Below, in pieces: positions 1-12,749 of a stretch of 64,000 nt of DNA. The stretch is from the human T2T-CHM13v2.0 reference genome, Homo sapiens, in the NCBI RefSeq assembly GCF_009914755.1, contig NC_060939.1, one strand, 5' to 3'. Position 1 is the stretch's first letter. Each line of letters begins with the position of its first letter. Below the pieces are notes generated by a model. That model searched no databases. It was not told where the DNA came from and saw nothing but the letters and a program-made list of their open reading frames with translations. Made by a program: the position numbers and the translations under genes.

Positions 1-1290
1 GGTCCTTCACCCTTAGCGGCAAGTCCCGCTTTTCTGGGGAATGGGCAAGGACCCCAACCCCTTCTCTCCGTGTCTCTACCCCTTCTCCGCCTTTCTGGGG
101 GGCAAGAAACCCCCAACCCCTTCTCCTTCACCCTGAGCGGCAAGTCCCGCTTTTCTAGAGGAGGAGCAAGTACTCCAACCTCATATCTCTGCGCCCCAAT
201 CCCTTATTTCTGTGCCCCAACCTCTTATCTCTGTGCCCCAATCCCTTATTTCCATGCCCCCACCTCTTATATCTCTGCACCTTGATCCCTTATTTCCACA
301 TCCCGACCTCGTATCTCTGCACCCCGACCCCTTTCCCACTTTTCTGGAGAGTAAGAACCCCTGAACCGCTTCTCTCCGTGTCTCTACTCTCCCTTTTCTT
401 TAAACTTGCCTCCTTCACTGTAGGCAACCTTCCACTCTCCATTCCTCCTTCTTCTCCCTTAGCCTATGTTCTCAAAAACTTAAAACCTCTTCAACTCACA
501 CCTGACCTAAAACCTAAATGCCTTATTTTCTTCTGCAATGCCGCTTGACCCCAATACAAACTCAACAGTAGTTCCAAATAGCCGGAAAACAGCACTTTCA
601 ATTTTTCCATCCTGCAAGATCTAAATAATTCTTGTCGTAAAATGGGCAAATGGTCTGAGGTGCCTGACGTCCAGGCGTTCTTTTACACATCAGTCCCTCC
701 CTAGTCTCTGTTCCCAGTGCAACTCATCCCAAATCTTCCTTCTTTCCCTCCCGCCTGTCTCCTCAGTCCCAACCCCAAGCATCGCTGAGTCTTTCTAATC
801 TTTTCTATAGACCCATCTGACCTCTCCCCTCCTCCCCAGGCTGCTCCTTGCCAGGCCGAGCTAGGTCCCAATTCTTCCTCAGCCTCCGCTCCTCCACCAT
901 ATAATCTTTTTATCACCTCCCCTCCTCACACCCGGTCCGGCTTACAGTTTCCTTCCGTGACTAGCCCTCCCCTACCTGCCCAGCAATTTTCTCTTAAAAA
1001 GGTGGCTGGAGCTAAAGGCATAGTCAAGGTTAATGCTCCTTTTTCTTTATCCCAAATCAGATAGCGTTTAGGCTCTTTTTCATCAAATATAAAAACCCAG
1101 CCCAGTTCATGCCTCGTTTGGCAGCAACCCTGAGACACTTTACGGCCCTAGACCCTAAAAGCCCAAAAGGCCGTCTTATTCTCAATATATATTTTATCAC
1201 CCAATCTGCTCCCTACATTAAATAAAACTCCAAAAATTAAATTCCGGCCCTCAAACCCCACAACAGGATTTAATTAACCTTGCCTTCAAG

Positions 1291-1641
1291 GTGTACAATA
1301 ATAGAAAAAAGTTGCAATTCCTTGCCTCCACTGTGAGACAAACCCCAGCCACATCTCCAGCACACAAGAACTTCCAAACACCTGAACTGCAGCGGCCAGG
1401 CATTCCTCCAGAACCTCCTCCCCCAGGAGCTTGCTACAAGTGCCAGAAATCTGGCCACCAGGCCAAGGAATGCCTGCAGCCCAGGATTCCTCCTAAGCCG
1501 TGTCCCATCTGTGCGGGACCCCACTGGAAATCGGACTGTCCAACTCACCTGGCAGCCACTCCCAGAGCCCCTGGAACTCCGGCCCAAGGCTCTCTGACTG
1601 ACTCCTTCCCAGATCTTCTTGGCTTAGCGGCTGAAGACTGA
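1291..1641 (+). pseudogene. gag: HERV-H gag C-terminal (nucleocapsid) remnant
   Basis: Two CCHC zinc knuckles [14 protein letters not shown] and [13 protein letters not shown]; TGA at gag end; upstream gag broken by stops. Confidence 0.93.
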
Positions 1642-1990
1642 CACTGCCCGATCACCTCGGAAGCCCCCTAGACCATCACGGACGCCGAGCTGCCAGTAAC
1701 TCTCACAGTGGAAGGTAAACCCGTCCCCTTCTTAATCAATACGGAGGCTACCCACTCCACATTACCTTCTTTTCAAGGGCCTGTTTCCCTTACCTCCATA
1801 ACTGTTGTGCGTATTGACAGCCAGGCTTCTAAACCTCTTAAAACTCCCCAACTCTGGTGCCAACATAGACAATACTCTTTTAAGCACTCCTTTTTAGTTA
1901 TCCCCACCTGCCCAGCTCCCTTATTAGGCTGAGACACTTTAACTAAATTATCTGCTTCCCTGACTATTCCTGGGCTACAGCCACACCTCA
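1642..1990 (+). pseudogene. pro: HERV-H protease remnant (inactive)
   Basis: FLINTEATHS in place of the aspartic protease FLxDTGA motif; PLLG followed by TGA where LLGRD is expected. Confidence 0.88.
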
Positions 1991-2085
1991 TTACTGCCCT
2001 TCTTCCCAATCCAAAGCCTCCTTTGTGTCCTCCTCTTGTATCCCCCGACCTTAACCCATAAGTATAAGATACCTCTACTCCCTCC

Positions 2086-2652
2086 TTGGTGACCGATCAT
2101 GCACCCCTTACCATCTCATCGAAACCTAATCACCCTTACCCCGCTCAACACCAATATCCCATCCCACAGCATGCTTTGAAAAGACTAAAGCCTGTTATCA
2201 CTCTCCTGCTACAGCATGGCCTTTTAAAGCCTATAAACTCTCCTTACAATTCCCCCATTTCACTTGTCCTAAAACCAGACAAGCCTTACAAGTTAGTTCA
2301 GGATCTGTGCCTTATCAACCACATTGTTTTGCCTATCCACCCCATGGTGTCAAACCCATATACTCTCCTATCCTCAATACCTCACTCCATAATCCATTAT
2401 TGTGTTCTGGATCTCAAACATGCTTTCTTTACTATTCCTTTGCACCCTTCATCCCAGCCTCTCTTCACTTTCACTTGGACTGACCCTGACACCCATCAGG
2501 CTCAGCAAATTACCTGGGCTGTACTGCCCCAAAGCTTCACAGACAGCCCCCATTACATCAGTCAAGCCCAAATTTTTTCCCTATCTGTTACCTATCTCAG
2601 CATAATTCTCATAAAGACACACGTGCTCTCCCTGCCGATCATGTCCGATTAA
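2086..2652 (+). pseudogene. pol: HERV-H reverse transcriptase remnant
   Basis: SPYNSPI, LVQDL, LDLKHAFF, FTFTWTDP, WAVLPQSFTDSPH motifs; no YxDD motif (deleted). Confidence 0.92.
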
Positions 2653-3139
2653 TCTCCCAAACCCCAACCCCTTCTACAAAACAAGAACTCCTTTCCTTCC
2701 TAGGCATGGTTAGTGCAGTCAGAATTCTTACACAAGAGCCAGGACCGCACCCTGTAGACCTTCTGTCCAAACAACTTGACCTTACTGTTTTAGCCTAGCC
2801 CTCATGTCTCTGTGCAGCGGCTGCTGCCACCCTAATACTTTTAGAGGCCCTCAAAATCACAAACTATGCTCAACTCACTCTCTACAGTTATCATAACTTC
2901 CAAAATCTATTTTCTTCCTCATACCTGACATATATACTTTCTGCTCCCCGGCTCCTTCAGCTGTACTCACTCTTTATTGAGTCTCCCACAATTACCATTT
3001 TTCCTGGCACCGACTTCAATCCAGCCTCCCACATTATTCCTGATACCACACCTGACCCCCATGACTGCATCTCTCTGATCCACCTGACGTTCACCCCATT
3101 TCCCCACATTTCCTTCTTCCCTGCTTCTCACCCTGATCA

Positions 3140-3850
3140 CACTTGGTTTATGGATGGCAGTTCCACCAGGCCTAATGGCCACACACCAGCAAAGGCAGGC
3201 TGTGCTATAGTACAAGCCGCTAGCCCGCCTCTTAGAACCTCTCATTTCCTTTCCATCGTGGAAATCTATCCTCAAGGAAATAACTTCTCAGTGTTCCATC
3301 TGCTATTCTACTGCTCCTCAGGGATTATTCAGGCCCCCTCCCTTCCCTACACATCAAGCTCAGGGATTTGCCTCCACCCAGGACTGGCAAATTGACTTTA
3401 CTCAACATGCCCCGAGTCAGATAACTAAAATACCTCTTATTCTAGGTAGACACTTTCACTGGATAGGTAGAGGCCTTTCCTACAGGGTCTGAGAAGGCCA
3501 CCATGGTCATTTCTTCCCTTCTGTCAAACATAATTCCTCGGTTTGGCCTTCCCACCTCTATACTGTCTGATAACAGACCAGCCTTTATTAGTCAAATCAG
3601 CCAAGCGTTTTTTCAGGCTCTTAGTATTCAGTGAAACCTTTATATCCCTTACAGTCCTCAGCCTTCAGGAAAGGTAGAACGGACTAATGATCTTTTAAAA
3701 ACACACCTCACCAAGCTCAGCCACCAACTTAAAAAAGACTGGACAATACTTTTACCACTTTCCCTTCTCAGAATTCAGGCCTGTCCTTGGAATGCTACAA
3801 GGTACAGCCCATTTGAGCTCCTGTATAGACGCTCCTTTTTATTAGGCCCC
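3140..3850 (+). pseudogene. pol: HERV-H RNase H start (F-MDGSS) and integrase core remnant
   Basis: WQIDFT, VDTFTG*VEAFPT, FGLPTSILSDNRPAF, PQPSGKVERTN read across stops and a frameshift. Confidence 0.88.
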
Positions 3851-4465
3851 AGTCTCATTCCAGACACCAGACCAACTTGGACTGTGCCCCAAAAAACTTG
3901 TCATCCCTACTATCTTCTGTCTAGTCGTACTCCTATTCACCATTCTCAACTACTCATACGTGCCCTGCTCTTGTTTACACTGCCAGTTTACACTGTTTCT
4001 CCAAGCCATCACAGCTGATATCTCCTGGTGCTATCCCCAAACCGCCACTCTGAACTCTTAAATACATAATCTTTGCTGGCAGGACTATGCTGAACCTCCT
4101 TTGGCACTCTCTAATCAGATGTCCTGAGTCATCTCAATTCTTAGACCTTTTATACCTGTTTTTCTCCTTTACTTATTCCGTTTAGTTTTTCAATTCATAC
4201 AAAACCGTATCCAGGTCATCACCAATAATTCTAAATGACGAATGTTTCTTCTAACAACCGCACAATATCACCCCTTACCACAAGACCTCCCTTCAGCTTA
4301 ATCTCTCCCACTCTAGGTTCCCACGCCGCCCCGAATCCCGCTCGAAGCAGCCCTGAGAAACATCGCCCATTCTCTCTCTCCACACCGCCCCCCAAAAATT
4401 TTCGCTGCCCCAACACTTCGACACTATTTTGTTTTATTTTTCTTATTAATATAAGAAGGCAGGAA

Positions 4466-4922
4466 TGTCAGGCCTCTGAGCCCAAGCTAAGCCATCGCAT
4501 CCCCTGTGACCTGCACGCATATATAAGCCCAGATGGCCTGAAGTAACTGAAGAATCACAAAAGAAGTGAATATGCCCTGCCCCACCTTAACTGATGACAT
4601 TCCACCACAAAAGAAGTGTAAATGGCTGGTTCTTGCCTTAAGTGATGACATTACCTTGTGAAAGTCCTTTTCCTGGCTCATCCTGGCTCAAAAAGCACCC
4701 CCACTGAGCACCTTGCCGCCCCCACTCCTGCCCGCCAGAGAACAAACCCCCTTTGACTGTAATTTTCCTTTACCTACCCAAATCCTATAAAACGGCCCCA
4801 CCCCCATCTCCCTGCACTGACTCTCTTTTCGGACTCAGCCCGCCTGCACCCAGGTGAAATAAACAGCTTTATTGCTCACACAAAGCCTGTTTGGTGGTCT
4901 CTTCACACGGACGTGCATGAAA
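4466..4922 (+). mobile_element. LTR7 (HERV-H 3' LTR)
   Basis: Starts TGTCAGGCCTCTGAGCCCAAG, ends GCATGAAA; two U3 repeats each with ACAAAAGAAGTG; TATAAAA at 4786; AATAAA at 4858-4863. Confidence 0.97.
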
Positions 4923-5130
4923 GTGTGTACTGAGTTACCGTGTGCGTAAAAAACATTGCAGAGCTCTGCGTGTACGCACAGGGAAAATATCCCAAAGGAC
5001 ACCCAACGACGTGGTGGACACTGGTTGCCTCTGGGGAGGAGAACAGAGGGCTGGCATAGAGGAGTGAACCCTTTATTTTTATTGTACACCTTCCTTCCTC
5101 TCTGCACCCTGAATTGTGTGCATGCCTATG
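4923..5130 (+). mobile_element. Old L1 (L1ME-type) 3' UTR fragment, probable HERV-H insertion target
   Basis: GGTTGCCTCTGGGGAGG motif and T-rich tail typical of L1ME 3' ends. Confidence 0.55.
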
Positions 5131-7111
5131 ATGGAGGTAATTAGGCTGGGAGGGGCCTCTTCCCTGAGCCCAACAGGTGGCTCTTGGCCTTGGTCTCTAG
5201 AGGTCATGGGGAGCCCCCCTTTGTCCCCTCTCCTCTGTGAGTGTCTGATTCCATGGAGGGCAGGTCCTGAGGCAGGGTTGGGTTCCCTAACAATCCGTCC
5301 ATCTAACTTCATGGTCCTGGCTAAACGAGAACCTCCTTGGCTGTCTTTGGGATGCAGGCCCAGGTGAGGCGGATGGTGGGATGCAGGCCCGGAGCCCCAG
5401 GTGAGGTGGATGGCTACAGCAGGGGGACACGCATGCGGGGCTGGACTCAGGGGGCCAAGGCCAATTGGCTCTGACCCTGGTCCACCTTCACCCTGGAATG
5501 GGGAAGGTGTGCAGCCCAGGTGCAGGGTCAAGGCCCACCCCTCCCCAGGAGATGGCACACAGGCCTCCTCCCGCCCACCACACTGCACCTGGGAAAGCAG
5601 TGGCCTGACGACTGGTCACTGGCTGAGCCGTCACCACCTTCCAGGACCACTGATTGCTCAAACCTGCAGGGTCTTTGCAAGGAGCCTGCCTGGGTCGGGG
5701 AGGCTGCCAGAGCCCGTCTCCCTCACAGTGCCTCCAGGGCTGGAGCACGGGCTCCTCTGGCAGAAAGCACTGGGCAAGCCCCAGAGGAGACATGGTGACA
5801 CAGAAACTCCCCAATGCTCAGGAAAACCTGAAACACGCCGAGAGGCAAGCAGCAGGCTGCTGCCCTGGAAGGAGCCACATTTTCCAGCATGTCGGGCCTG
5901 GGGCCTCAGAGTCTCTGCGGGGAGAGGGGGTGAGGGAAAGGGTGGGGGGATGGGGAATGGAGAATGGAGTTGGGGTATAGGGGTCAGTTAAACAGCACTT
6001 TAACAATCACTGTGGCAGAAACTGCAAGCTGCAGCCCTTCCTGCTCAGTATCAGACCCCAATTTTGTTGGTGCATGTTTTCCCAGCCACCTTTGCAGGTG
6101 GGGTGGCCCTGGGACTGAGCTCCAGCCAGGGGTGACTTGGATGTCGTCAAGTAGAGCTTCAGGGAACTCCATCAAAGGGGGCTGAGTCACTGGAGGCCCC
6201 TTTGACCCTGCCCCTGCCTCCTCCTTCCTTGTGGGAGGGAGGGCCCCAGGAGGACCTGGGGCAGTGATGGGGGACAGTTCGCCAGCTCTGACTGCCAACC
6301 TGCGGGCTTCATGTGATCTTATGGAAAAGGAACCCACTTCCTTGTTGAAGCCAGCATTTTTCAGCTGTCTATGACTGGCAGCCAAATGCAGTTCCTAATA
6401 TTCAGATACATTTTCCATTAGCCCGACCAGAGCACTAAGGGTCAGCACGTGAGCTGGCTCTAACCACCTTCTGTTTAAGTCCGGGCAGGGGGACCTAAGA
6501 ACCATGGATTGGAGCGTTGTGTGCCAGGCGTGCCCCCTGCTCACCGGTGCATCGTGAGAGCTGGGTGTGGTGTAGCCCACAGTTCTTCCCAAGGCAACCA
6601 AACCACAGTCACAGAGAGGATCCAGGGTTTCATCCAAGTCACCCAAAGGCCAAAACTTAAGGTGTGGTGGCTTTGATGTCCTGCAAGTTTAAATTCCATG
6701 CTGGACAGGCTACCCCAGCTCTGCAGCCCTGGTTTCTCCTCTGTCATCAACAATTCCCGATGGGATCGGCACAGGGACTAGGAGGGCCCCCGCCAGGGCC
6801 AGGACTCCCACCTTTCCCCCTGGCCATGAGACCCCTCTTTCCTGCCTGGGAAGGGCACCCTGGGGGAAGCACACAGTCTTCCTTGAGAAGCCCTTAGGGG
6901 AAACACAAGCAGTCCTGTTGCCATGAACTATCCCAGCATTCACAATAAATCTCCTCTCTGAAGATTTTTTCTGAAATAATGAAGACTTTTGTACACACCC
7001 TTACTTGCGAATTGAGTTAAGGTGTAGCACATAGAAGAATAAACGGATGCTGACTGATGAGTGTAATAAGATGATAGGGATGTTTAAGAGTCCCAATTTG
7101 GAACATACGGG

Positions 7112-7413
7112 TTTTTGTTTTTTGTGTTTTGAGATGGAGTCTGGCCCCCGTCGTGCAGGCTGGAGCTTGGTGACACGACCTTGGCTCACTGCAACCTCCA
7201 CCTCCCGGGTTCAAGCGATTCTCCTTCCTCAGCCTCCTGAGTCGCTGGGATTACAGGCGTGCGCCACCACGCCCGGCTAATTTTTGTATTTTTAGTAGAG
7301 ATGGGGTTTCGCCATATTGGCCAGGCTGGTCTCGAACACTTGACCTCAGGTGACCCACCCGCCTCGGCCTCCCAAAGTCCTAGGATTAGAGGCGTGAGCC
7401 ATTGCGCCCGGCC
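7112..7413 (-). mobile_element. AluS
   Basis: Full-length antisense Alu ending GCGCCCGGCC; TSD-like TGGAACAT on both sides. Confidence 0.96.
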
Positions 7414-8349
7414 TGGAACATGTGTTTTTTTAAAATGAAGTAGTAATAATGATCCACACACAAATAAAATTAATTTCCACTTTGCCATCAGTGGTCCTTG
7501 CCACCCCCAGGGCTGTCACCAGGCTCTCTGCTCTTCTGGGCCTATGGTTGGGCTGCATTCCCCGGCCCACTGAGGTCTGTTGGTGGGTCCGAGGGGAGAG
7601 GCACTAGTTAGTGCTGGGAAATGCGTGCCGAGTGCAAGGGCACTGTCACGGTGCCACAGGCGAGAGCCCTGCGCTTCCTGCGGGAGACGACTCTACCAGA
7701 GCACCCCTTCCCTCCGCCCTGGGCCCTGCAGCTTTCGCTGGTTGTTGCTCAGTCAGCCTGGGAGAGACGACCCGGAGTGCCCAGGCAGCTCGCCACGGAC
7801 ATGTATGAAGAACAAGCAGCAAAGCCTGTCGTTGGGGCCACTGGGAGCTGAGGGTTTGGTGACCTGAGCTCGCCCAGCCCATTCTACTTGACCTGTGACC
7901 AGCTCGCGCCCAGACCACCGAGCACGCTCACACACAGCCTCGCACCCCTGGCACCAGCTCCACGGAGCTGTCCCCTGCTCTGTAAGAAGAAACAGCCCAG
8001 CTCTGCCTCCCAGCCTGGGAACTTCTCAAGGGAAGGTACAGAGAGGCGAGGTCTTCACAGGCAAAGGAGTCCCATCCAAAAAGAAGGTGGGGGTGGCCAG
8101 GGGACAGCAGCCTAACGTGTGAAATTGGGAACATCCACGTGAACTCATGACCTTTAATTGTAGAAAGAAATCAAAATACGGGAGCAGTGGTTGCCTCTGG
8201 GGAGGGAATCAGATGGCTAGGCAGGACCCTTCTTAACATGACTTTTACTTATTTTTAAAGCGAATGGAAATTAATATCCATCATCAAAAATATTTTCTAG
8301 CTCTGTCATGAAGAGTGATCCAGGGAGTAGCACTTTCTTGCATTCAAAA

Positions 8350-8930
8350 ACACATACGCACACAGCACACACATATATATACATAGGCATACACACCACA
8401 CACCTACACACGCATACACTCATATACACATAACAGGCACATATGCACATGACATACACATGCACACATATACATATATCATGCACAGAGATAGATACAT
8501 ACACACATGCATCCTCATGCACACACACTGCACACACATACATGTATAGAGACACACATCACACACCCACACATGCATACACTCATATACACATACAGGC
8601 ACATTTACACATGGCACACACATTCGTGAGCACATACGCATACACCATACACATGTACACATACATGCATATACAAATACACATACACATGACATGAATG
8701 CTCATACACACACACCGCACACATACATACAGATATACACACACTTGTATACACATACACGCACACTTACACATGACCCACTTATGCGCACATACACACA
8801 GCGTGCACACATACGCATATATGCAGATACATATGTATACACATGACACACGTGCGTGCACACACATATACCACACACACACATACACAACACACATACA
8901 TGCATATACACACACAGACATGCACACACA
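8350..8930. repeat. Long degenerate (CA/TA)n low-complexity tract
   Basis: About 580 bp of mostly alternating purine-pyrimidine CACA/CATA/TACA. Confidence 0.95.
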
Positions 8931-9120
8931 TTATTTACAGTGGGCCTGGGACAGGCTGCATACCCAGGGGTTTCAGGGCAGTGCTCACTCTGGCCAAGTG
9001 GCAGTGACTTGTTCACTGGTTCATTGAAATAATGCCAGTTGTCAAAAGTTGCAATGATACCAATACAGTTTCTAGAAAGCATATAAATTGTAGTGGTAAT
9101 GGAAAAGGTTAGAGCTCATC

Positions 9121-9175
9121 GTACATGTATGTATGTATGCATGTATGCATGTATGTATGTATGTATGCATGTATA
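9121..9175. repeat. (TATG)n microsatellite
   Basis: Degenerate GTAT/GCAT repeats. Confidence 0.9.
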
Positions 9176-10902
9176 TCCTTATCTTGGAAGGAGTGTAGGA
9201 GCTGTCGCTCTGGTGGCCGCACTGATGACCAGCGAGAAAGAGGTCCAGCAGGAAGGGGCCCACAGATGCGGGACAGCCATCTGTCCTGAGATAGCCCTGA
9301 GACAGTGAGCTGCCTGCCCACACTCACCCCTCCCGCCTGAGAAAGACCCTCAAAGCAGCCAGTCTAGCACATGCTAACAAGATATGCTTCCCTGGTCCTA
9401 GTGAAGCAGGCCACGGAGGCATATCTCGTTAGCATGTGTATGTCCCACCAGCATATCATAGAAGTGGGACAAGCAAAATTACAGAGTACTTCGCTTCAGG
9501 GGGTGGACATCAGGCTGCCAAAAAACACAAAGCTTCATGAAAAGCTTGAGCTTCCAACATCCTACAGAAAGGACACAGCCTAATGCCTGAGCTCAGGTTC
9601 CAGTCACCTCGGGAGGAACAGTTGGGAGCACCGCCCCAAAGGAACCATCGACACCCTGGCCCCTGTGTCCTCAGCCCTTAACTGGTCCCACCCTGAAGCC
9701 TTGTCTCTTTTCCTGGGGTCGCCGCAACCCTAGGAAGGCTCAGAACCCCTGGGAAGAGCTATGAGCACCAGTAAGAAGACGGGGAGTAGGGTGAGGAGGG
9801 GAGGTGGGAATCAGGCTTCAGCACTGGGGTCAGTTCCAGAGAGAGCAGAGTGCTTCGTTGTGTAACCAATATAGCATTTTAGGCATGTTTTGAGTGTTTG
9901 GGTGTTCGAAGCACTAGAGATAGTCTAACATTTTAGACTTTAATTAAATATTTACAAGTGGGATCCAATAAAAACGTTAAATCAGTGTTTCACTGGAGGA
10001 ATTGCCAAAACTCAGGAGTCGTGTGTGAGACACAGAAGCGGTGTGTTACTGTTTGGAAAGGGTTGATGGTTTCATGTTTAACAGATTCATGAGCCTGATA
10101 AATAGGGTATCAACAGTGCACAGGCAGTAACGCGTGAGCCCAGCAGTGCCCTCACAGCCTGGCACCCAGCCTGGCTCCCAGGAAGTGCTCACGTGGGTTG
10201 AAGGCAGAGGGAGATGGCCATGGAGGCGCTTCAGGTTTGCTGGCCATAAGTGCTGGGATGACTCCATCTCTCTGACATAAGGACAGAAAGATCTGGAAGA
10301 GAGTGGCATCCTTTTCCCAAGGGCACATTCACCCCACTCCAGGCTAGATAGCCCTACCTCCCCTGCACCCCACAGTGTTCAACTCACCCAGAAGCCCAGG
10401 GAGCCCAGGAGAGGTGTGAGCAATGGAAGAAAGACCAGCACTGGTGCCTTGCCAGCCACACCGATGTCACTCAGCAGTGGGGCAGGCACATCGTTCAGGT
10501 AGTGGGACATATTAGCTGTACTCTGGGAGGCTGGGAACAAACAGCCCTACAGCATCCCACAAGTCTCAAGCTCTAGGGTTCCCCTTGGTTCCACGGAGCA
10601 TAAAGGCCAGCCAGAGAGCATGGCCTGCAGTGAGGGTGAACGGAGGCTCTGGGAGGAGGACAGTGAAAGGCAAGGAAAGGCACCTGCAATCCACTAAGTG
10701 AAACAGGGAGGCCTGAAGATCATGTTTTTAAAAAATTGTAGAGTATTGTATAAATGTATAAATGACAAGGCTGGAAGGACACAGACCAAAATATTAGTGG
10801 TGGTTATTCCTCGCTGCTGGAATGGCCACTTTTATTCCTTTTCTTTTGGATTGTTCGTATGTAGAATTTCTTTTGCAATTAAAAAAAAATCAAAGTTACA
10901 AA

Positions 10903-11204
10903 TTTTTTTTTTGAGACAGGGTCTCACTCCATCACCCAGGCTGGAGTGCAGTGGTGTGATCTCGGCTCACTGCAGCCTTGACTTCTGGGCTGAGGTGATT
11001 CTCCCACCTCAGCCTCCTGAGTAGCTGGGACTACAGGTACACACCACCACGCCTGGCTAAATTTCTTTTATTTTTTGTAAAGATAGGGTTTCACTACGTT
11101 GCCCAGGCTAGTCTCAAACTTCTGAGCTCAAGGAGCTCAAGGGATCTTTCCACCTCATCTTCCCAAAGTGCTGGGATTATAGGTGCAAGCTACTGTGCCC
11201 AACT
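10903..11204 (-). mobile_element. AluJ
   Basis: Antisense Alu with J-type features (GAGACAGGGTCTC, TGCAGCCTTGAC). Confidence 0.93.
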
Positions 11205-12016
11205 AAAATATTCATTCTTAATTACTATAAAATTACTATGGAACCAAAGAGTGCACGTCCTTGTTGTGACTGGTCCCCTTTGAGACTCCCAGCATCCTGG
11301 CAGCAACACCAAAGAGGCACCATTGTCAGCTACCCAATTCCCAGAATCCAGAAACAACCCATTTATTCAAGTAGTAGGCAACTGCCTTGCTCCTCCAAGC
11401 CTGGACAGGAATCTCACTTTCCCCAGGAGGGTGGGACACACAGAGGGCCTTCTGCGGTGCTGTCTCTTCGAACTGCCTTAGACGAGGGGGACGAGGGGGC
11501 TGCTCCCATCCAATCACTGCCCAGGTGAGTCCTGGCCCTTGAAGGCCTAAAGCACGGGTTCCTGGTCTCAGAAGAACCCCAAGGTACTGGCACACCTCAT
11601 ATACCCAGCCTCCAAAACCCCCTCCTGGAGCCGAGTTTCTGAATGAGAGGGAGGCTGGATGCTGGGAGCACCCACCCTCTAATGAGCACGGCTGGCATCC
11701 TCTCCGGGGGTGGCAAGGGGCAGTGGCTTCTCTCAGCACTGGGGGCTGGCCCGGAAGCTGGGCCTCCAGTGTCCTCACTGTTTCTATGGAAAGGTGAGTT
11801 TTGGATCACTGCCATCCGGAAGCCCCCTCTCCCTCTGCCATTTACAAAGGACTAAGGGACAGGGCCCCAGATTCTCACCCGTCCCTCCCTCCACACAGGC
11901 GTCTGTCTCCTTCCCAACTGGGTACTTTTTGGAGGCGCTGGGTAAATTCTGGTGGCCACATGCATTCTGCTGGATCTACTGCCTGGACTTACAGCTGTCA
12001 TCGAAATCCCCCTTGA

Positions 12017-12564
<548 letters not shown>

Positions 12565-12749
12565 TAGCAGGATCAATGCACAGCAGGCCACTGTGGCCAA
12601 GACCTGAGGTCCCACGCCCATTCAGCTCCATCTGGGGTGTGTCACATCCTTCACTGCAAACCCCACCTCAGCCACTACTGTACAGCTCTCAGATCCTCAG
12701 CTTCCTCGTCTGTAAAACCAAGGAATGAATCCGGGACTCAGCACAGGGG

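Larger units (their letters stand above)
1..4465 (+). mobile_element. HERV-H provirus internal region (common internally deleted form; 5' LTR lies upstream of the window)
   Basis: C/T-rich HERV-H leader repeats (CCTTCACCCTTAGCGGCAAGTCCCGCTTTTCT), ordered gag-pro-pol remnants, very short env region, polypurine tract AAGAAGGCAGGAA (4453-4465) abutting the LTR. Confidence 0.97.

Noticed and set aside
5079-5991. 169- and 196-aa ORFs
   Set aside because: GC-rich sequence with overlapping ORFs on both strands, non-ATG starts and no domain or exon structure.
9200-9225. Reverse-strand CTCF-like CCACCAGAGCGACA
   Set aside because: The 3' half of the core mismatches consensus; too weak to call.
8271-9327. 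Cys/Val/His/Thr-rich ORFs (also 15519-16305)
   Set aside because: Translations of CA/TG microsatellite sequence.
9371-9583. Peptide KQATEAYLVS...DIRL resembling histone H3 QEASEAYLVG...DIQL
   Set aside because: The similarity covers only a few residues with wrong spacing, and no other H3 sequence or retrocopy hallmark is present; likely chance. A tblastn with H3 would settle it.
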